Shown piece by piece: positions 20,929-30,750 of a stretch of 63,018 bases of DNA (position 1 is the first letter of the stretch; the number at the start of each line of letters is the position of its first letter). The notes beneath the pieces are model-generated. The model was not told the origin of the DNA, ran no database searches, and saw nothing but the letters and a program-made list of their open reading frames with translations. Location: positions 1-63,018 of the forward strand of contig JBBDJG010000035.1 of assembly GCA_040880005.1 (NCBI GenBank), written 5' to 3'. The DNA comes from Solirubrobacterales bacterium. Lineage in GTDB: Bacteria > Actinomycetota > Thermoleophilia > Solirubrobacterales > JBBDJG01. The translations under genes were made by a program, and so were the position numbers.

Positions 20929-21339
20929 TCAGTGCTCGCGGGCGGGCTCCACCAGCTCCACCAGCACGCCCCCTGTGGAGGACGGGTGGAGGAACGCTAC
21001 GCGGCTGCCGCGGATGCCCACGCGCGGTCGCTCATCTATCAGTCTCATGCCCTGCCCGCGGCAGCGTGCCAGCACCGCCTCGACGTCAGCGCAGCGATAC
21101 GCCGTGTGGTGCAGGCCCGGGCCCTTCTTCTCCAAGTACCTCCCGACCGGCGTATCTGCGGAGAGCGGGCTCAACAGCTCCACATGGGACTCGCCGACGT
21201 CCAGCAGCACAGCCTCGACGCCCTGCTCCTTCACCGTCTCCCTGTGCACGATCGGCATCTCGAAGCCGCTCGAGTACAGCTCGACCGCGGCGTCGAGGTC
21301 CGAGACAGCGATTCCGACGTGATCGATTGCCGTGAACAT
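20929..21339 (-). CDS. mce: Methylmalonyl-CoA epimerase (VOC family)
   Basis: IDHVGIAV, VELLSP, GPGLHH, AFLHP..TGGVLVELVE. Confidence 0.93.
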   Translation of the reverse strand: MFTAIDHVGIAVSDLDAAVELYSSGFEMPIVHRETVKEQGVEAVLLDVGESHVELLSPLSADTPVGRYLEKKGPGLHHTAYRCADVEAVLARCRGQGMRLIDERPRVGIRGSRVAFLHPSSTGGVLVELVEPAREH

Positions 21340-21364
21340 CGACCGCGCAGTTTAGCCGCGCGGC

Positions 21365-23362
21365 TCAGACTTCCGGAAGCTCGGCGGCGTCGCCCGCCGT
21401 CTCCGCTCCGTTGGAGCGGTCGAAGCGGCCTGTCCGCGTGCGCGGCTCGAAATGCTGAGCGTTCTGCGGCTTGCCCTCCCGCTCGGGGAAGGTCTTGCCG
21501 GCGCTCTCGAGGGCTGCCTCGATCACCTTCTCGATCTCGTCGCGGTCGATCGTCTCCTTCTCGAGCAGCCGGGCGGCGATCGCATCGAGCATCTCCCGGT
21601 ACTCGGAGACGAGCACACGAGCCTCCCACTGCGCCTCGTCGATCAGCGCCTGTTGCTCGCGGTCACGTAGCTCGCGCGAGGAGTCGGAGAGCGATTCCTT
21701 GCCGGTGCCGTTGACGTGCGCTATGAGCTGACTGCCCATGCCGTAGTCCTCGATCATCGCGCGGCTGATCTCCACCACTCGCTTGAGGTCGTCGGCCGCG
21801 CCGGTGGTCGTGCGTTCGAACACGATCTGCTCTGCCACGTAGCCGCCGAGCAAGCTCGAGAGGTGATTCATCAGGTCCTGCTTGGACATCAGGTAGCGAT
21901 CCTCTTCGGGCAGGTTCATCACGTAGCCGAGCGCCTGCCCGCGTGGCACGATCGAGATCCGGTGGATGCGGGAGTTGGTGCGCAGCAGCTCGCCCACCAA
22001 GGCGTGACCGGCCTCGTGGTAGGCGATCACCTCCTTCTCCTTGGACGTGATCACCTTGCGGCTCTGAAGCCCGGCCACCACGCGCTCGAGCGCCCCATCG
22101 AAGTCCGAATCGACGATCGTCTCGCGCCCCGTGCGACCGGCGAAGATGGCCGCCTCGTTGCACAGGTTCGCGAGGTCGGCTCCGGTCAGGCCGGAGGTCT
22201 GACGCGCGACGTTGCGCAGATCGACGTCGGCGACCGGCTTGCCGCGCGTGTGGACGCCGAGTATCTGGAGGCGGCCGTTGAGATCCGGCGGCGAGACGAG
22301 CACCTGGCGGTCGAAACGACCCGGCCGCATCAGAGCCGGATCGAGACTGTCGGCGCGGTTGGAAGCAGCGATCACGACCAGCTCACCGCGCTCGTCGAAT
22401 CCGTCCATCTCCACCAATAGCTGGTTGAGCGTCTGGTCCTTCTCGCGCGACATGTCGAATCCGCGCTTGAGACCGACGGCGTCCAGCTCATCGATGAAGA
22501 GGATCGCCGGCGCGTGCTTGCGCGCCTCGCGGAAGAGGCGCCGGATGCGGGCAGCGCCGAGCCCGGCGAACATCTCGACAAAGCTGCTCGCGGATTGGCT
22601 GAAGAAGTTGGCACCGGATTCGTGAGCGACCGCCTTGGCGAGCAGGGTCTTGCCCGTGCCGGGTGGCCCGTGCAGCAGGATGCCCTTCGGCATGCTCGCG
22701 CCGAGGCGCTTGAAGCGATCCGGTTCGCGCAGGAACTCGACCACCTCGCGCAGTTCGTGCTTGGCCTCCTCGCAGCCGGCGACGTCGTCCCACTTGACCG
22801 AGCTGGACGACTGGGGCTTGATGCGCTGTGGCTTCTGCCGTGGCATGAAGCGCAGAGAGATCACGATCAGCGCGATGAACGCGATCACGATCAGCGGCGA
22901 GGCCCAGGTGTTGAAGACCTGCGCGATCCGGTCGAGCACCGATGTGCCCGACGCGGGCGCGACGTCTTGGCGTTCCGAGCGAGTCGTGATCGCGGCCAGC
23001 GTCCTGCCGCCGAGGATGCCCGTTATCGACACGTGAGCCTTGTCGAGCGGCTCGAGCAGTTTCGTGTCGGCCTTGCCGGTGCCCGCCGGCGAATTCACGA
23101 CGCGCGACTTCGGGTCGGAGAAATCGACCTTGTAGCGCACGCCGTCGTCGCCCACCAGTGCGTAGGCGAGCGAAACCGAGCCGTGGTCGGAAGCGTCCGT
23201 GCGGACGACCCGCAGCATTCCCTGCTTCGTCACCGTCGCCCCGGCATCGACTGGGCGTGAGATCGCGTCGCTTTCGGCCACGGCGGACGCCGGCCAGCTC
23301 ACCGGCACCACGGCCAGCACCACGAGAACCGCCACCCACAACCGGCCTGCTACGAATCGCAT
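21365..23362 (-). CDS. ftsH: FtsH-type ATP-dependent zinc metalloprotease with atypical extracytoplasmic domain
   Basis: [38 protein letters not shown]; start set at ATG 23362 preceding a signal-like sequence. Confidence 0.9.
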   Translation of the reverse strand: MRFVAGRLWVAVLVVLAVVPVSWPASAVAESDAISRPVDAGATVTKQGMLRVVRTDASDHGSVSLAYALVGDDGVRYKVDFSDPKSRVVNSPAGTGKADTKLLEPLDKAHVSITGILGGRTLAAITTRSERQDVAPASGTSVLDRIAQVFNTWASPLIVIAFIALIVISLRFMPRQKPQRIKPQSSSSVKWDDVAGCEEAKHELREVVEFLREPDRFKRLGASMPKGILLHGPPGTGKTLLAKAVAHESGANFFSQSASSFVEMFAGLGAARIRRLFREARKHAPAILFIDELDAVGLKRGFDMSREKDQTLNQLLVEMDGFDERGELVVIAASNRADSLDPALMRPGRFDRQVLVSPPDLNGRLQILGVHTRGKPVADVDLRNVARQTSGLTGADLANLCNEAAIFAGRTGRETIVDSDFDGALERVVAGLQSRKVITSKEKEVIAYHEAGHALVGELLRTNSRIHRISIVPRGQALGYVMNLPEEDRYLMSKQDLMNHLSSLLGGYVAEQIVFERTTTGAADDLKRVVEISRAMIEDYGMGSQLIAHVNGTGKESLSDSSRELRDREQQALIDEAQWEARVLVSEYREMLDAIAARLLEKETIDRDEIEKVIEAALESAGKTFPEREGKPQNAQHFEPRTRTGRFDRSNGAETAGDAAELPEV

Positions 23363-23515
23363 GCACCCAGCGTAGCGGCGATCTGGGGGCTCGACCATGG
23401 GTTTTGGACCCCATATTGGCTTTTGAGCCAAATCTGGCGCAGAACTTTCACTTGCGAATCCGCGTCGTTTTAGGTATCGATTTCTTGTTGGTACCCTGAC
23501 GCGCGAGGTGGAGCC

Positions 23516-23842
23516 ATGAGCCGGGAGCAAGCAAGGGCAACGATCCGCAAGCTTCGCGAGGAGCTTCTGGCGGCGGGGCGCGACCGCGAGGCGGAGGCGG
23601 TGGCGACGTTGGCCGGAGACTCGGACGAGGTATATCTGCGTCTGCGCAAGCGATTTTTCACGCCGTCCGAGGTCGCCGAGCGGGTCGGCGTCAGTCGTCA
23701 GACGGTGATCAAGTGGATCGAGCGCGGCGAGCTCGACGCGGAGCTGACCCCCGGCGGCCACCACCGAATCCCGGCGTCGGTGTTCCAATCCGGCCGTCGG
23801 TCGGATCGCGCCGACGTGAAGCTCGTTCCCGTCAAGAAGTAA
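23516..23842 (+). CDS. Excisionase-like/HTH_17 DNA-binding protein
   Basis: FTPSEVAERVGVSRQTVIKWIERGEL.A..TPGGHHRIP; GAGGTGGAG SD. Confidence 0.85.
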   Translation: MSREQARATIRKLREELLAAGRDREAEAVATLAGDSDEVYLRLRKRFFTPSEVAERVGVSRQTVIKWIERGELDAELTPGGHHRIPASVFQSGRRSDRADVKLVPVKK

Positions 23843-23920
23843 TTGCGGCCGCTGCAGACGTACGCTCCAACCGTTCGACATTTGCCGCGATATGCGCGGT
23901 CAACGTCGATCGGTGAGGCT

Positions 23921-24706
23921 CTAGGCGGTCTCCAACCGCAAGATCTCCGCCATCGCCGCGCGGCCGATCTCGAGCTGCTCGACGGTCGGCTCGCGCGTGG
24001 CGAACAGCCGCTGCATCTCGTAGCCCGGCCGCTTGATCGCGCGCGCCAGCGACGTCTCGCGGTGGCGCTCGGCCCACGCGAACACCTCGACGGCAAGTGC
24101 CGCGCTGCTGAGCGTGACGGCCATGTTGACGACCGGCCCGCGCGACTTGACAAGCGAGCGCGCGAGCAGGTTGCCGCCGATCGTCGCCAGCATCATCGGC
24201 GCGACCAGGTTCGAGCCGCAGCGCTCGTGCTCCTTGGGAGTGTCGGCCGGGTCGCGATCCTGCTCGTACGCGGCGATCGACTTGTGCTCCACGCCGTGAT
24301 AGGCGGCCAGGTCGGAGTCGCGCATCGCCAGCGCGGTCGGCGCTATGCCGATCAACGCGACCGCCGCCTCGCGGCCGGCGCCGGCTCGCTCGCCGCGGCG
24401 GATGACGGCAGCTAGCGCGCTGGACGCAAACATCGCGACCACGATGCGACCGTCCTCGAACGGGAGCTGCACCTGCGGCGCGCGCTTCTTGATCAGCGGC
24501 AGCAGGATCAGGGCCTCGGCCAACCTGATGATTCCACGCAGCCCCGGGATTGAGAGCAGCGGGCCCTCGTAGCGCGGCTTGCGCCCGGAGAAAACCGCGA
24601 CCGACCCGTCGCTCGCGCGAACGGCTGCCGCCCAGTGACCGGGGCCGTGCACCAGCAGGCCGTTGCGCAACGCCATCCCGCCGAGCCGAAGCTTCTCGTT
24701 CGCCAT
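23921..24706 (-). CDS. DUF1385 domain-containing protein
   Basis: LGGMALRNG, YHGVEHK, HERCGSN, TREPT motifs. Confidence 0.85.
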   Translation of the reverse strand: MANEKLRLGGMALRNGLLVHGPGHWAAAVRASDGSVAVFSGRKPRYEGPLLSIPGLRGIIRLAEALILLPLIKKRAPQVQLPFEDGRIVVAMFASSALAAVIRRGERAGAGREAAVALIGIAPTALAMRDSDLAAYHGVEHKSIAAYEQDRDPADTPKEHERCGSNLVAPMMLATIGGNLLARSLVKSRGPVVNMAVTLSSAALAVEVFAWAERHRETSLARAIKRPGYEMQRLFATREPTVEQLEIGRAAMAEILRLETA

Positions 24707-24716
24707 GACGCCCATG

Positions 24717-25484
24717 CTACGTGACCGCCTCCACGACCGTGCTCAGCGCCGCCAGCACCAGCACCCAGCCGATCGCCCGCAGCAGGCTCTCCTCCGAGAG
24801 CCTGCCGGTCAGGCGCGAGCCGATCAGCGCGCCCGGGATCGACGCCGCGGCTCCGACGGCGAGCAGGTTCCAGTCAGGCGCCCCCGAGGGCAAATGACCG
24901 AGGACGCCAGCGATGCCCACGCACAGACCGACCGTGACGTTGGTGCCGACCGCCTTCGCGGGCGCCTCGCCAACCAGTCGCAGCAACGCCGGCATCCGCA
25001 GCGAGCCGAGGATCAGCCCGACCATTCCTCCGACCAGGCCAATCGCCGCGCCCGAAAGGACCGCCGCACGGAGGTCGAGCCGTTGCTCGCCACCGGCGGC
25101 AGCTCTCTCGGCCTCCTCGGCCTCCTTTTTCCCGCGCGGGCGCAGAAGCTGGAACGCGCTGTATGCGAGCACGGCGGCGATCCCGAACAGCAGCGCATCG
25201 CCGGGGATCGCGCCCGACAGGTAGCCACCGACCACGGCGCCGACGATCGAGGGCGGTGCCATCCACGCGAACAGCCGCCAGTTGACGCGCCCCGCCCTGA
25301 TGTGGGCCGTCGAGGCGGTCGCCGCCGCAACGGCGCTGATGCCGATGTTGGCTCCCGCTCCGGTCGCGGGCGAGGACGCCAGCGCCACCACCAGCGGCAG
25401 CCGCAGGTTGCCCAGCACCAGCCCCACGAACCCGCCCAGCAGGGCGACCGTGAAGCACCAGGTTGCGAGAGCTACGTATTCCAT
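24717..25484 (-). CDS. Full-length TauE/SafE family transporter
   Basis: Two internal repeats (GGFVGLVLG.LRLP / GGMVGLILGSLRMP..AVGTN), ~8 TM. Confidence 0.85.
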   Translation of the reverse strand: MEYVALATWCFTVALLGGFVGLVLGNLRLPLVVALASSPATGAGANIGISAVAAATASTAHIRAGRVNWRLFAWMAPPSIVGAVVGGYLSGAIPGDALLFGIAAVLAYSAFQLLRPRGKKEAEEAERAAAGGEQRLDLRAAVLSGAAIGLVGGMVGLILGSLRMPALLRLVGEAPAKAVGTNVTVGLCVGIAGVLGHLPSGAPDWNLLAVGAAASIPGALIGSRLTGRLSEESLLRAIGWVLVLAALSTVVEAVT

Positions 25485-25505
25485 CTATCGGAGATACTGA
25501 GCATC

Positions 25506-26903
25506 GTGGACCGGCTGTTCGAGACTTCGCAGGCATCCGGCGCGGCGCGCGCGCGAACGACCGTGCCGCTGGCCGAGGAGCCGCTGGCGGCTCGCATGCG
25601 CCCCGCCACGCTCGACGAGTTCGTCGGCCAGCAACATCTGCTTGCGGCCGGCTCGGCGCTGCGCACGGCGATCGAGCAGGGGGCGCCGCACTCGATGATC
25701 CTCTACGGACCTCCCGGCACGGGCAAGACGACGCTCGCGCGGATAGTCGCCGCGCACGCCGGCGCCGCGTTCGAGGAGGAGAGCGCGGTCAACGCGGGTC
25801 GCGCCGAAGTGCGCGCGGTGATCGAGCGGGCAGAGGAGCGCGTGAAGGTCGCGCAACAGAGTTCCCGTTTTTCCGCGGACGAGCAGCAGAGCTCCCGTCT
25901 TTCCGCTCGCGGAAAAACGGTTCTTTTCTTGGATGAGATCCATCGCTTCAACAAGGGGCAGCAGGACACGCTACTGCCCGCGGTCGAGGAGGGTCTGCTG
26001 ACGCTGATCGGCGCTACCACCGAGAACCCCTACTTCGAGGTCAACTCGGCGTTGCTCTCGCGCGCGCGGATATACGAGCTGCAGCCGCTCGACGTGCAAC
26101 AGGTCGAGCAGTTGCTGCGCCGCGCGCTCGCGGACGCCGAGCGCGGCGTCCCCGATCCGCCCGAGGTGCCGGACGACGTGATCGAGTTCTTCGCCGTGCG
26201 CTCGAGCGGCGACGCGCGCACCGCCTACAACGCGCTTGAGCTGGCCTGCGAGACGGCGCAGCGGCTGGACCGTCCGGTCACGGTCGAACTTGCCGAGGAC
26301 GCGCTCCAGCAGAAGGCGTTGCTCTACGACAAGGGCGGCGACCGCCACTACGACTACGCGTCGGCCTGGATCAAGGCGACGCGCGGCTCCGACGTCGATG
26401 CCTCTCTCTATTACCTCGCGGTGATGCTCGAAGGTGGCGAGGACCCGCGCTTCATCGCTCGGCGGATGGTGATCCTCGCCTCCGAGGACATCGGCAACGC
26501 CGATCCGCGCGCGCTCCAGGTCGCGGTCGCGGCGGCGCAAGCGGTCGAGCACGTCGGGCTGCCCGAGTGCGCGCTGAACCTCAGCCAGGCCGCCGTGTAC
26601 CTGGCGCTGGCGCCGAAGTCGAACGCGAGCTACCTGGCGATCTCCCGCGCGCGCGGCGACGTGCGCGAACATGGAACGCTCGACCCGCCCGGTTACCTGC
26701 GCGACGCCCACTACGCGGGGGCGAAGGAGCTGGGCCGGGGGATCGGCTACGAGTACCCGCACGACCTGCCGGAGGGCGTCTCGAACCAGTCGCTGATGCC
26801 CGAAGAGCTGAGCGGCCGGCGCTACTACGAGCCGACCGATCGCGGCTTCGAGCGCGAGCTGCGCGAACGGCTGAAGCGCCGGCGGTCCAGCGAACCGGAG
26901 TAG
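25506..26903 (+). CDS. rarA: Replication-associated recombination protein A (MgsA/RarA)
   Basis: [49 protein letters not shown]. Confidence 0.95.
   Translation: MDRLFETSQASGAARARTTVPLAEEPLAARMRPATLDEFVGQQHLLAAGSALRTAIEQGAPHSMILYGPPGTGKTTLARIVAAHAGAAFEEESAVNAGRAEVRAVIERAEERVKVAQQSSRFSADEQQSSRLSARGKTVLFLDEIHRFNKGQQDTLLPAVEEGLLTLIGATTENPYFEVNSALLSRARIYELQPLDVQQVEQLLRRALADAERGVPDPPEVPDDVIEFFAVRSSGDARTAYNALELACETAQRLDRPVTVELAEDALQQKALLYDKGGDRHYDYASAWIKATRGSDVDASLYYLAVMLEGGEDPRFIARRMVILASEDIGNADPRALQVAVAAAQAVEHVGLPECALNLSQAAVYLALAPKSNASYLAISRARGDVREHGTLDPPGYLRDAHYAGAKELGRGIGYEYPHDLPEGVSNQSLMPEELSGRRYYEPTDRGFERELRERLKRRRSSEPE
25857..25920. repeat. Palindromic repeat family B, in-frame inside rarA
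   Basis: Two CAGAG(T/C)TCCCGT units 30 nt apart; CCGTTTTTCCGCG (25865-25877)/CGCGGAAAAACGG (25908-25920) perfect 13-bp inverted repeat. Confidence 0.7.
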
Positions 26904-26941
26904 AATCGGCCTCGGTTTCTTTCGAGCGAGGAGGATCAACG

Positions 26942-28570
26942 ATGGCCGTCAGCACCGAGACCGTACCCACGCAGATTTCGAGCAACGGCAAGGGCACCGG
27001 CGAGCTTCAGTCGTTCAACCCCGCCACCGGCGAGTTGGTCGGCTCGGTGCCGACGATCACGCCCGATCAGGTCCAGGCGGTCGTCGACGAGGTCGCGCAG
27101 GTGCAGCCTCTCTGGGCACAGCTATCGCTCAACGAGCGCGGGCGCTACATGAAGCGCGTGGCGCAGGCGCTGCTCGATCACGTCGACGAGATCGCCGGGC
27201 TGCTCACGGCCGAGCAGGGAAAGGCGCGACTCGAGAGCTACACGATGGAGATCATGCCGACGATCGACAGCCTCCACTGGGTCGCCGATCACGGTCCGAA
27301 GATCCTAGCCGACGAGTCGATCAAGTACACGCAGCCGATGCTCAAGATGAAGAAAAGCTCGTTCACCCACGAGCCGATCGGCGTCGTGGGCGTGATCGCG
27401 CCGTGGAACTACCCGTGGAGCATTCCGTTCGGCGAGGTCGCGATCGCGTTGATGGCCGGCAACGGCGTCGTGCTGAAGCCCGCTTCGCTGACCCCGTTGA
27501 TCGGCGACAAGATCCAGGAGATCTTCGAGAAGGGCGGGCTGCCCGAGGGCATCGTGCGAACCGTGCACGGCGGCGGCGCGGTCGGCCAGGCGCTGGTCGA
27601 ATCGAGCGCCGGCAAGATCTTCTTCACCGGCTCGGTCGAGGTCGGCCGCGGCGTCGGCGAGGCGTGCGCCAGGCTGATGAAGGGCTCGGTGCTCGAGCTG
27701 GGCGGCAAGGACCCGCAGATCGTCTGCTCCGACGCCAAGCTCGGCAACGCGATTTCCGGCGCGGTGTGGGGAGCGTTCTGCAACGCCGGGCAGACCTGCT
27801 CGTCGATCGAGCGCAGCTACGTGGCGCGCGAGGTCGCCGATCGGTTCATCGAGGGCGTCGTGCGCGAGGCGAGCGCGCTGACCGTCGGCGACCCGGCGAG
27901 CTGGGACACGGAGATCGGTCCGATGGTCTCGCAAGACCAGTTCGAGCTGGTCAAGGAGCTGATCGACGACGCCGTCGCGAGCGGCGCCACGCTGCGCTGC
28001 GGCGGCCCGCGTCAGGTCAGCGGCTTCCCGAAGGCCAACTTCATCGCGCCGACCGTGCTGACCGAAGTCACGCACGACATGCGCATCATGAAGGAAGAGA
28101 TATTCGGTCCCGTGCTGCCGATCGTGACCGTCGATTCCGAGCAGCAGGCGGTCGAGCTGGCGAACGACTCGCAGTTCGGGCTGGGCGCTTCAGTGTGGAC
28201 GCGCGACCGCGAGAAGGGCGAGCGCATGGCGCGCCAGATCGAGTCGGGCATGGTCTGGATCAACGACCACTCGTTCACCCACGGCGCCTGCCAGTGCTCG
28301 TGGGGCGGCGTCAAGGACTCGGGCCTCGGTCGCTCGCACTCCAAGTTCGGCTTCTACGAGTGCGTCAACGTCAAGCTGCTGACCTGGGAGCCGTCGCGCA
28401 CGCGCGACATCTGGTGGCACCCCTACGACGAGGTCGCCGGCAAGGCGGTGCGCTCCTCGGCCCGGCTGATGTACGGCCGCGACGGGCAGCGGGGCAAGGC
28501 GCTGCGCGAGGGCCTGATCCCGCTGCTGCGGCTGACCGCCCGCTCCCTGCGTGGCTCTGCGAAGCGCTAG
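26942..28570 (+). CDS. Aldehyde dehydrogenase family protein
   Basis: APWNYP, FTGS, LELGGKD, NAGQTC, EEIFGP; GAGGAGG SD. Confidence 0.93.
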   Translation: MAVSTETVPTQISSNGKGTGELQSFNPATGELVGSVPTITPDQVQAVVDEVAQVQPLWAQLSLNERGRYMKRVAQALLDHVDEIAGLLTAEQGKARLESYTMEIMPTIDSLHWVADHGPKILADESIKYTQPMLKMKKSSFTHEPIGVVGVIAPWNYPWSIPFGEVAIALMAGNGVVLKPASLTPLIGDKIQEIFEKGGLPEGIVRTVHGGGAVGQALVESSAGKIFFTGSVEVGRGVGEACARLMKGSVLELGGKDPQIVCSDAKLGNAISGAVWGAFCNAGQTCSSIERSYVAREVADRFIEGVVREASALTVGDPASWDTEIGPMVSQDQFELVKELIDDAVASGATLRCGGPRQVSGFPKANFIAPTVLTEVTHDMRIMKEEIFGPVLPIVTVDSEQQAVELANDSQFGLGASVWTRDREKGERMARQIESGMVWINDHSFTHGACQCSWGGVKDSGLGRSHSKFGFYECVNVKLLTWEPSRTRDIWWHPYDEVAGKAVRSSARLMYGRDGQRGKALREGLIPLLRLTARSLRGSAKR

Positions 28571-28653
28571 CAGCCGCTGGACGCTTATACGAGCCCCAAA
28601 GGGCCGATCCGTCAAGCGCGGCGCGGGGATCGCCACTACGTTCGAGGTGGGTC

Positions 28654-29046
28654 ATGAGAACGGAACTGAAAGTCATCGTCGCTTGCCTCGCACTCGCCGG
28701 GCTGTTCTTGCCTGCCTCGCAGGCAAACGCGATGACGAGTGGGCAGGCCAAGCGCGCAGCCAGCGAAACGGTGCGCGCGAGCGCTTCGTATCAAGAGATG
28801 GCCTCCCCGTACCGGCTCAAGGTGAGCAGCTGCCGCGCGAACTCCAAGCGAGGCACCACCTGCCGCCTGTACCGTTCGGCACCCAGTCCTTGCGCACTGG
28901 GCGGACCGCAAGAGCCCGACCAGGTCTGCGTCAACACGGTCGCCTACCGCGCATGGACGGTCCGCGTCACCGCGAGCGGCAAGAACGCCTCGGCAAAGGT
29001 CGTCGCACAGCGCGACGTCATCGGCAAGTTCGAGCCCAGCTCCTAG
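28654..29046 (+). CDS. Secreted hypothetical protein with 4 Cys in the mature part
   Basis: GAGGTGG SD; Sec signal ending ANA; 130 aa. Confidence 0.7.
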   Translation: MRTELKVIVACLALAGLFLPASQANAMTSGQAKRAASETVRASASYQEMASPYRLKVSSCRANSKRGTTCRLYRSAPSPCALGGPQEPDQVCVNTVAYRAWTVRVTASGKNASAKVVAQRDVIGKFEPSS

Positions 29047-29085
29047 AGGCCAGGGCTTCCGGCCGATAAGCGGTACCGTTGGCCG

Positions 29086-29568
29086 ATGGCCGACGGTGAG
29101 TTGACCCATCTCGACGCGCACGGCCGCGCGCGCATGGTTGACGTGGGGGGCAAGGACGAAAGCTCGCGCAGGGCGGTGGCGCAGGCGATCGTGCGCATGT
29201 CGCCCGACACGGCGGCGGCGGTCGAGGCCGGCGACGCCCCCAAGGGCGACGTGCTCGGCACGGCACGCCTCGCCGGCATCCAGGCCGCCAAGCGCACCGC
29301 CGATCTGATCCCGCTCGCGCATCCGCTGCCACTCGATTTCGTTGACGTGCGAGCGCAGGTGGATGCCGGCGCGGGCGTCGTGACGCTGACCGCCGAGGCG
29401 ACCACCACCGCCAAGACGGGGGTCGAAATGGAAGCGATGACCGCATGCGCGGTTGCGGCGTTGACGATCTACGACATGGTCAAAGGAATCGAGCGCGGAG
29501 TCGTGATCGAACAGGTTACGTTGCTCGAGAAGACCGGCGGCAAGCAGGACTGGAAGCGCTCGGGCTGA
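29086..29568 (+). CDS. moaC: Cyclic pyranopterin monophosphate synthase
   Basis: [39 protein letters not shown]. Confidence 0.96.
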   Translation: MADGELTHLDAHGRARMVDVGGKDESSRRAVAQAIVRMSPDTAAAVEAGDAPKGDVLGTARLAGIQAAKRTADLIPLAHPLPLDFVDVRAQVDAGAGVVTLTAEATTTAKTGVEMEAMTACAVAALTIYDMVKGIERGVVIEQVTLLEKTGGKQDWKRSG

Positions 29569-30050
29569 TGCGGGCGGCGATCGTCACGGTGTCGACGTCG
29601 CGCGCGAGCGGCGACGGCGAGGACGAGTCAGGCCCGGCGCTTGCCGAGTTCGCGCGTTCGCTCGGTCTGAAGGTCGCAGCGACGGAAATCGTGCCCGACG
29701 AGCGTGAGCAGATCGAGTCGGCGTTGCGGCGACATGCTGACACCGGCTGCGAGTTGATCCTGACGACCGGCGGCACAGGGTTCGCGCCTAGCGACGTCAC
29801 CCCCGAGGCCACACGCGCAGCGGTCGAGCGCGACGCCCCCGGGATAGCGGAGGCGATGCGCTCAGCGTCTCGCGAGCACACCGACAAGTGGATGCTCTCA
29901 CGCGGCGTGGCCGGGATTCGCGGCGGCTCGCTGATCGTCAACTTCCCCGGCAGCCCGAAGAGCATCCACGAGGCGGGCGCGGCGATCGCCGCCGCGCTGC
30001 CGCATGCGCTTGCGCTGCTGAACGAGCGGCCAACCGCCCATGCCGGCTGA
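29568..30050 (+). CDS. MogA/MoaB family molybdopterin adenylyltransferase
   Basis: DESGP, TTGGTGFAPSDVTPEAT, LSRGVAG, NFPGSP. Confidence 0.92.
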   Translation: MRAAIVTVSTSRASGDGEDESGPALAEFARSLGLKVAATEIVPDEREQIESALRRHADTGCELILTTGGTGFAPSDVTPEATRAAVERDAPGIAEAMRSASREHTDKWMLSRGVAGIRGGSLIVNFPGSPKSIHEAGAAIAAALPHALALLNERPTAHAG

Positions 30051-30750
30051 CACGGGCTCGGCCATCGAGGTCAAAGACCTCGTTCGCCGCTACGGCGAGC
30101 GCGAGGCGCTCGCAGGCGTGAGTGTCGCCGTCGGCGAGGGCGAGACGCTGGCCGTGTTCGGCCCCAACGGAGCCGGCAAGACGACGTTTTTGCGCGTGCT
30201 CGCGACGCTGTTGCTGCCGCACGGTGGCGCGGTGCAGGTGCTGGGCCATGACCTGCCGGACGACGCCCAGCCGGTGCGTGCCGCGATCGGCCTGGTGGCG
30301 CACGATCCGCTGCTGTATCGCGACCTCAGCGGCCGCGAGAACCTGCGCTTCTACGCGCGTCTGTACGGGCTCGCCGATGCCGAGGACCGAATCGACGAGC
30401 TGCTCGATTCAGTGGCGATGGCGCGGCGCGCCGACGACCCGGTGCGCGAGCTGTCACGTGGCATGGTGCAACGCATTGCCGTCTGCCGCGCCGTGCTTCA
30501 CCGCCCGCAACTGCTGCTGCTCGACGAGCCGCACGCGGGGCTCGACCCCGAGGCCGCGGCGCTGGTCGAGCCGCTGATCGGGCGCGCGAGCCGAACGACC
30601 CGCGTGCTGGTGACCCACGACGTCGAGCAGGGGCTCGAGCAGGCCGACCGCGTGCTCGGTCTGCGCGACGGCCTGATGGCGCTCGACCGCCCCGGGGCCG
30701 ACGCGACACAGCAGCAGGTGCGCGCCCTCTACCGGGAAGGGCAAGTGTGA
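30040..30750 (+). CDS. ccmA: Heme ABC exporter ATP-binding subunit
   Basis: GPNGAGKT, LSRGM, LLLDEP; directly upstream of ccmB and ccmC. Confidence 0.88.
   Translation: MPADTGSAIEVKDLVRRYGEREALAGVSVAVGEGETLAVFGPNGAGKTTFLRVLATLLLPHGGAVQVLGHDLPDDAQPVRAAIGLVAHDPLLYRDLSGRENLRFYARLYGLADAEDRIDELLDSVAMARRADDPVRELSRGMVQRIAVCRAVLHRPQLLLLDEPHAGLDPEAAALVEPLIGRASRTTRVLVTHDVEQGLEQADRVLGLRDGLMALDRPGADATQQQVRALYREGQV

Noticed and set aside
23516..23842. Xis-like gene as a prophage/ICE marker
   Set aside because: No integrase, att site or phage genes nearby; more likely a stand-alone regulator
23363..23881. 838-aa version of FtsH from the ORF track
   Set aside because: The extension overlaps the convincing HTH gene on the opposite strand; ATG 23362 precedes a signal-like sequence
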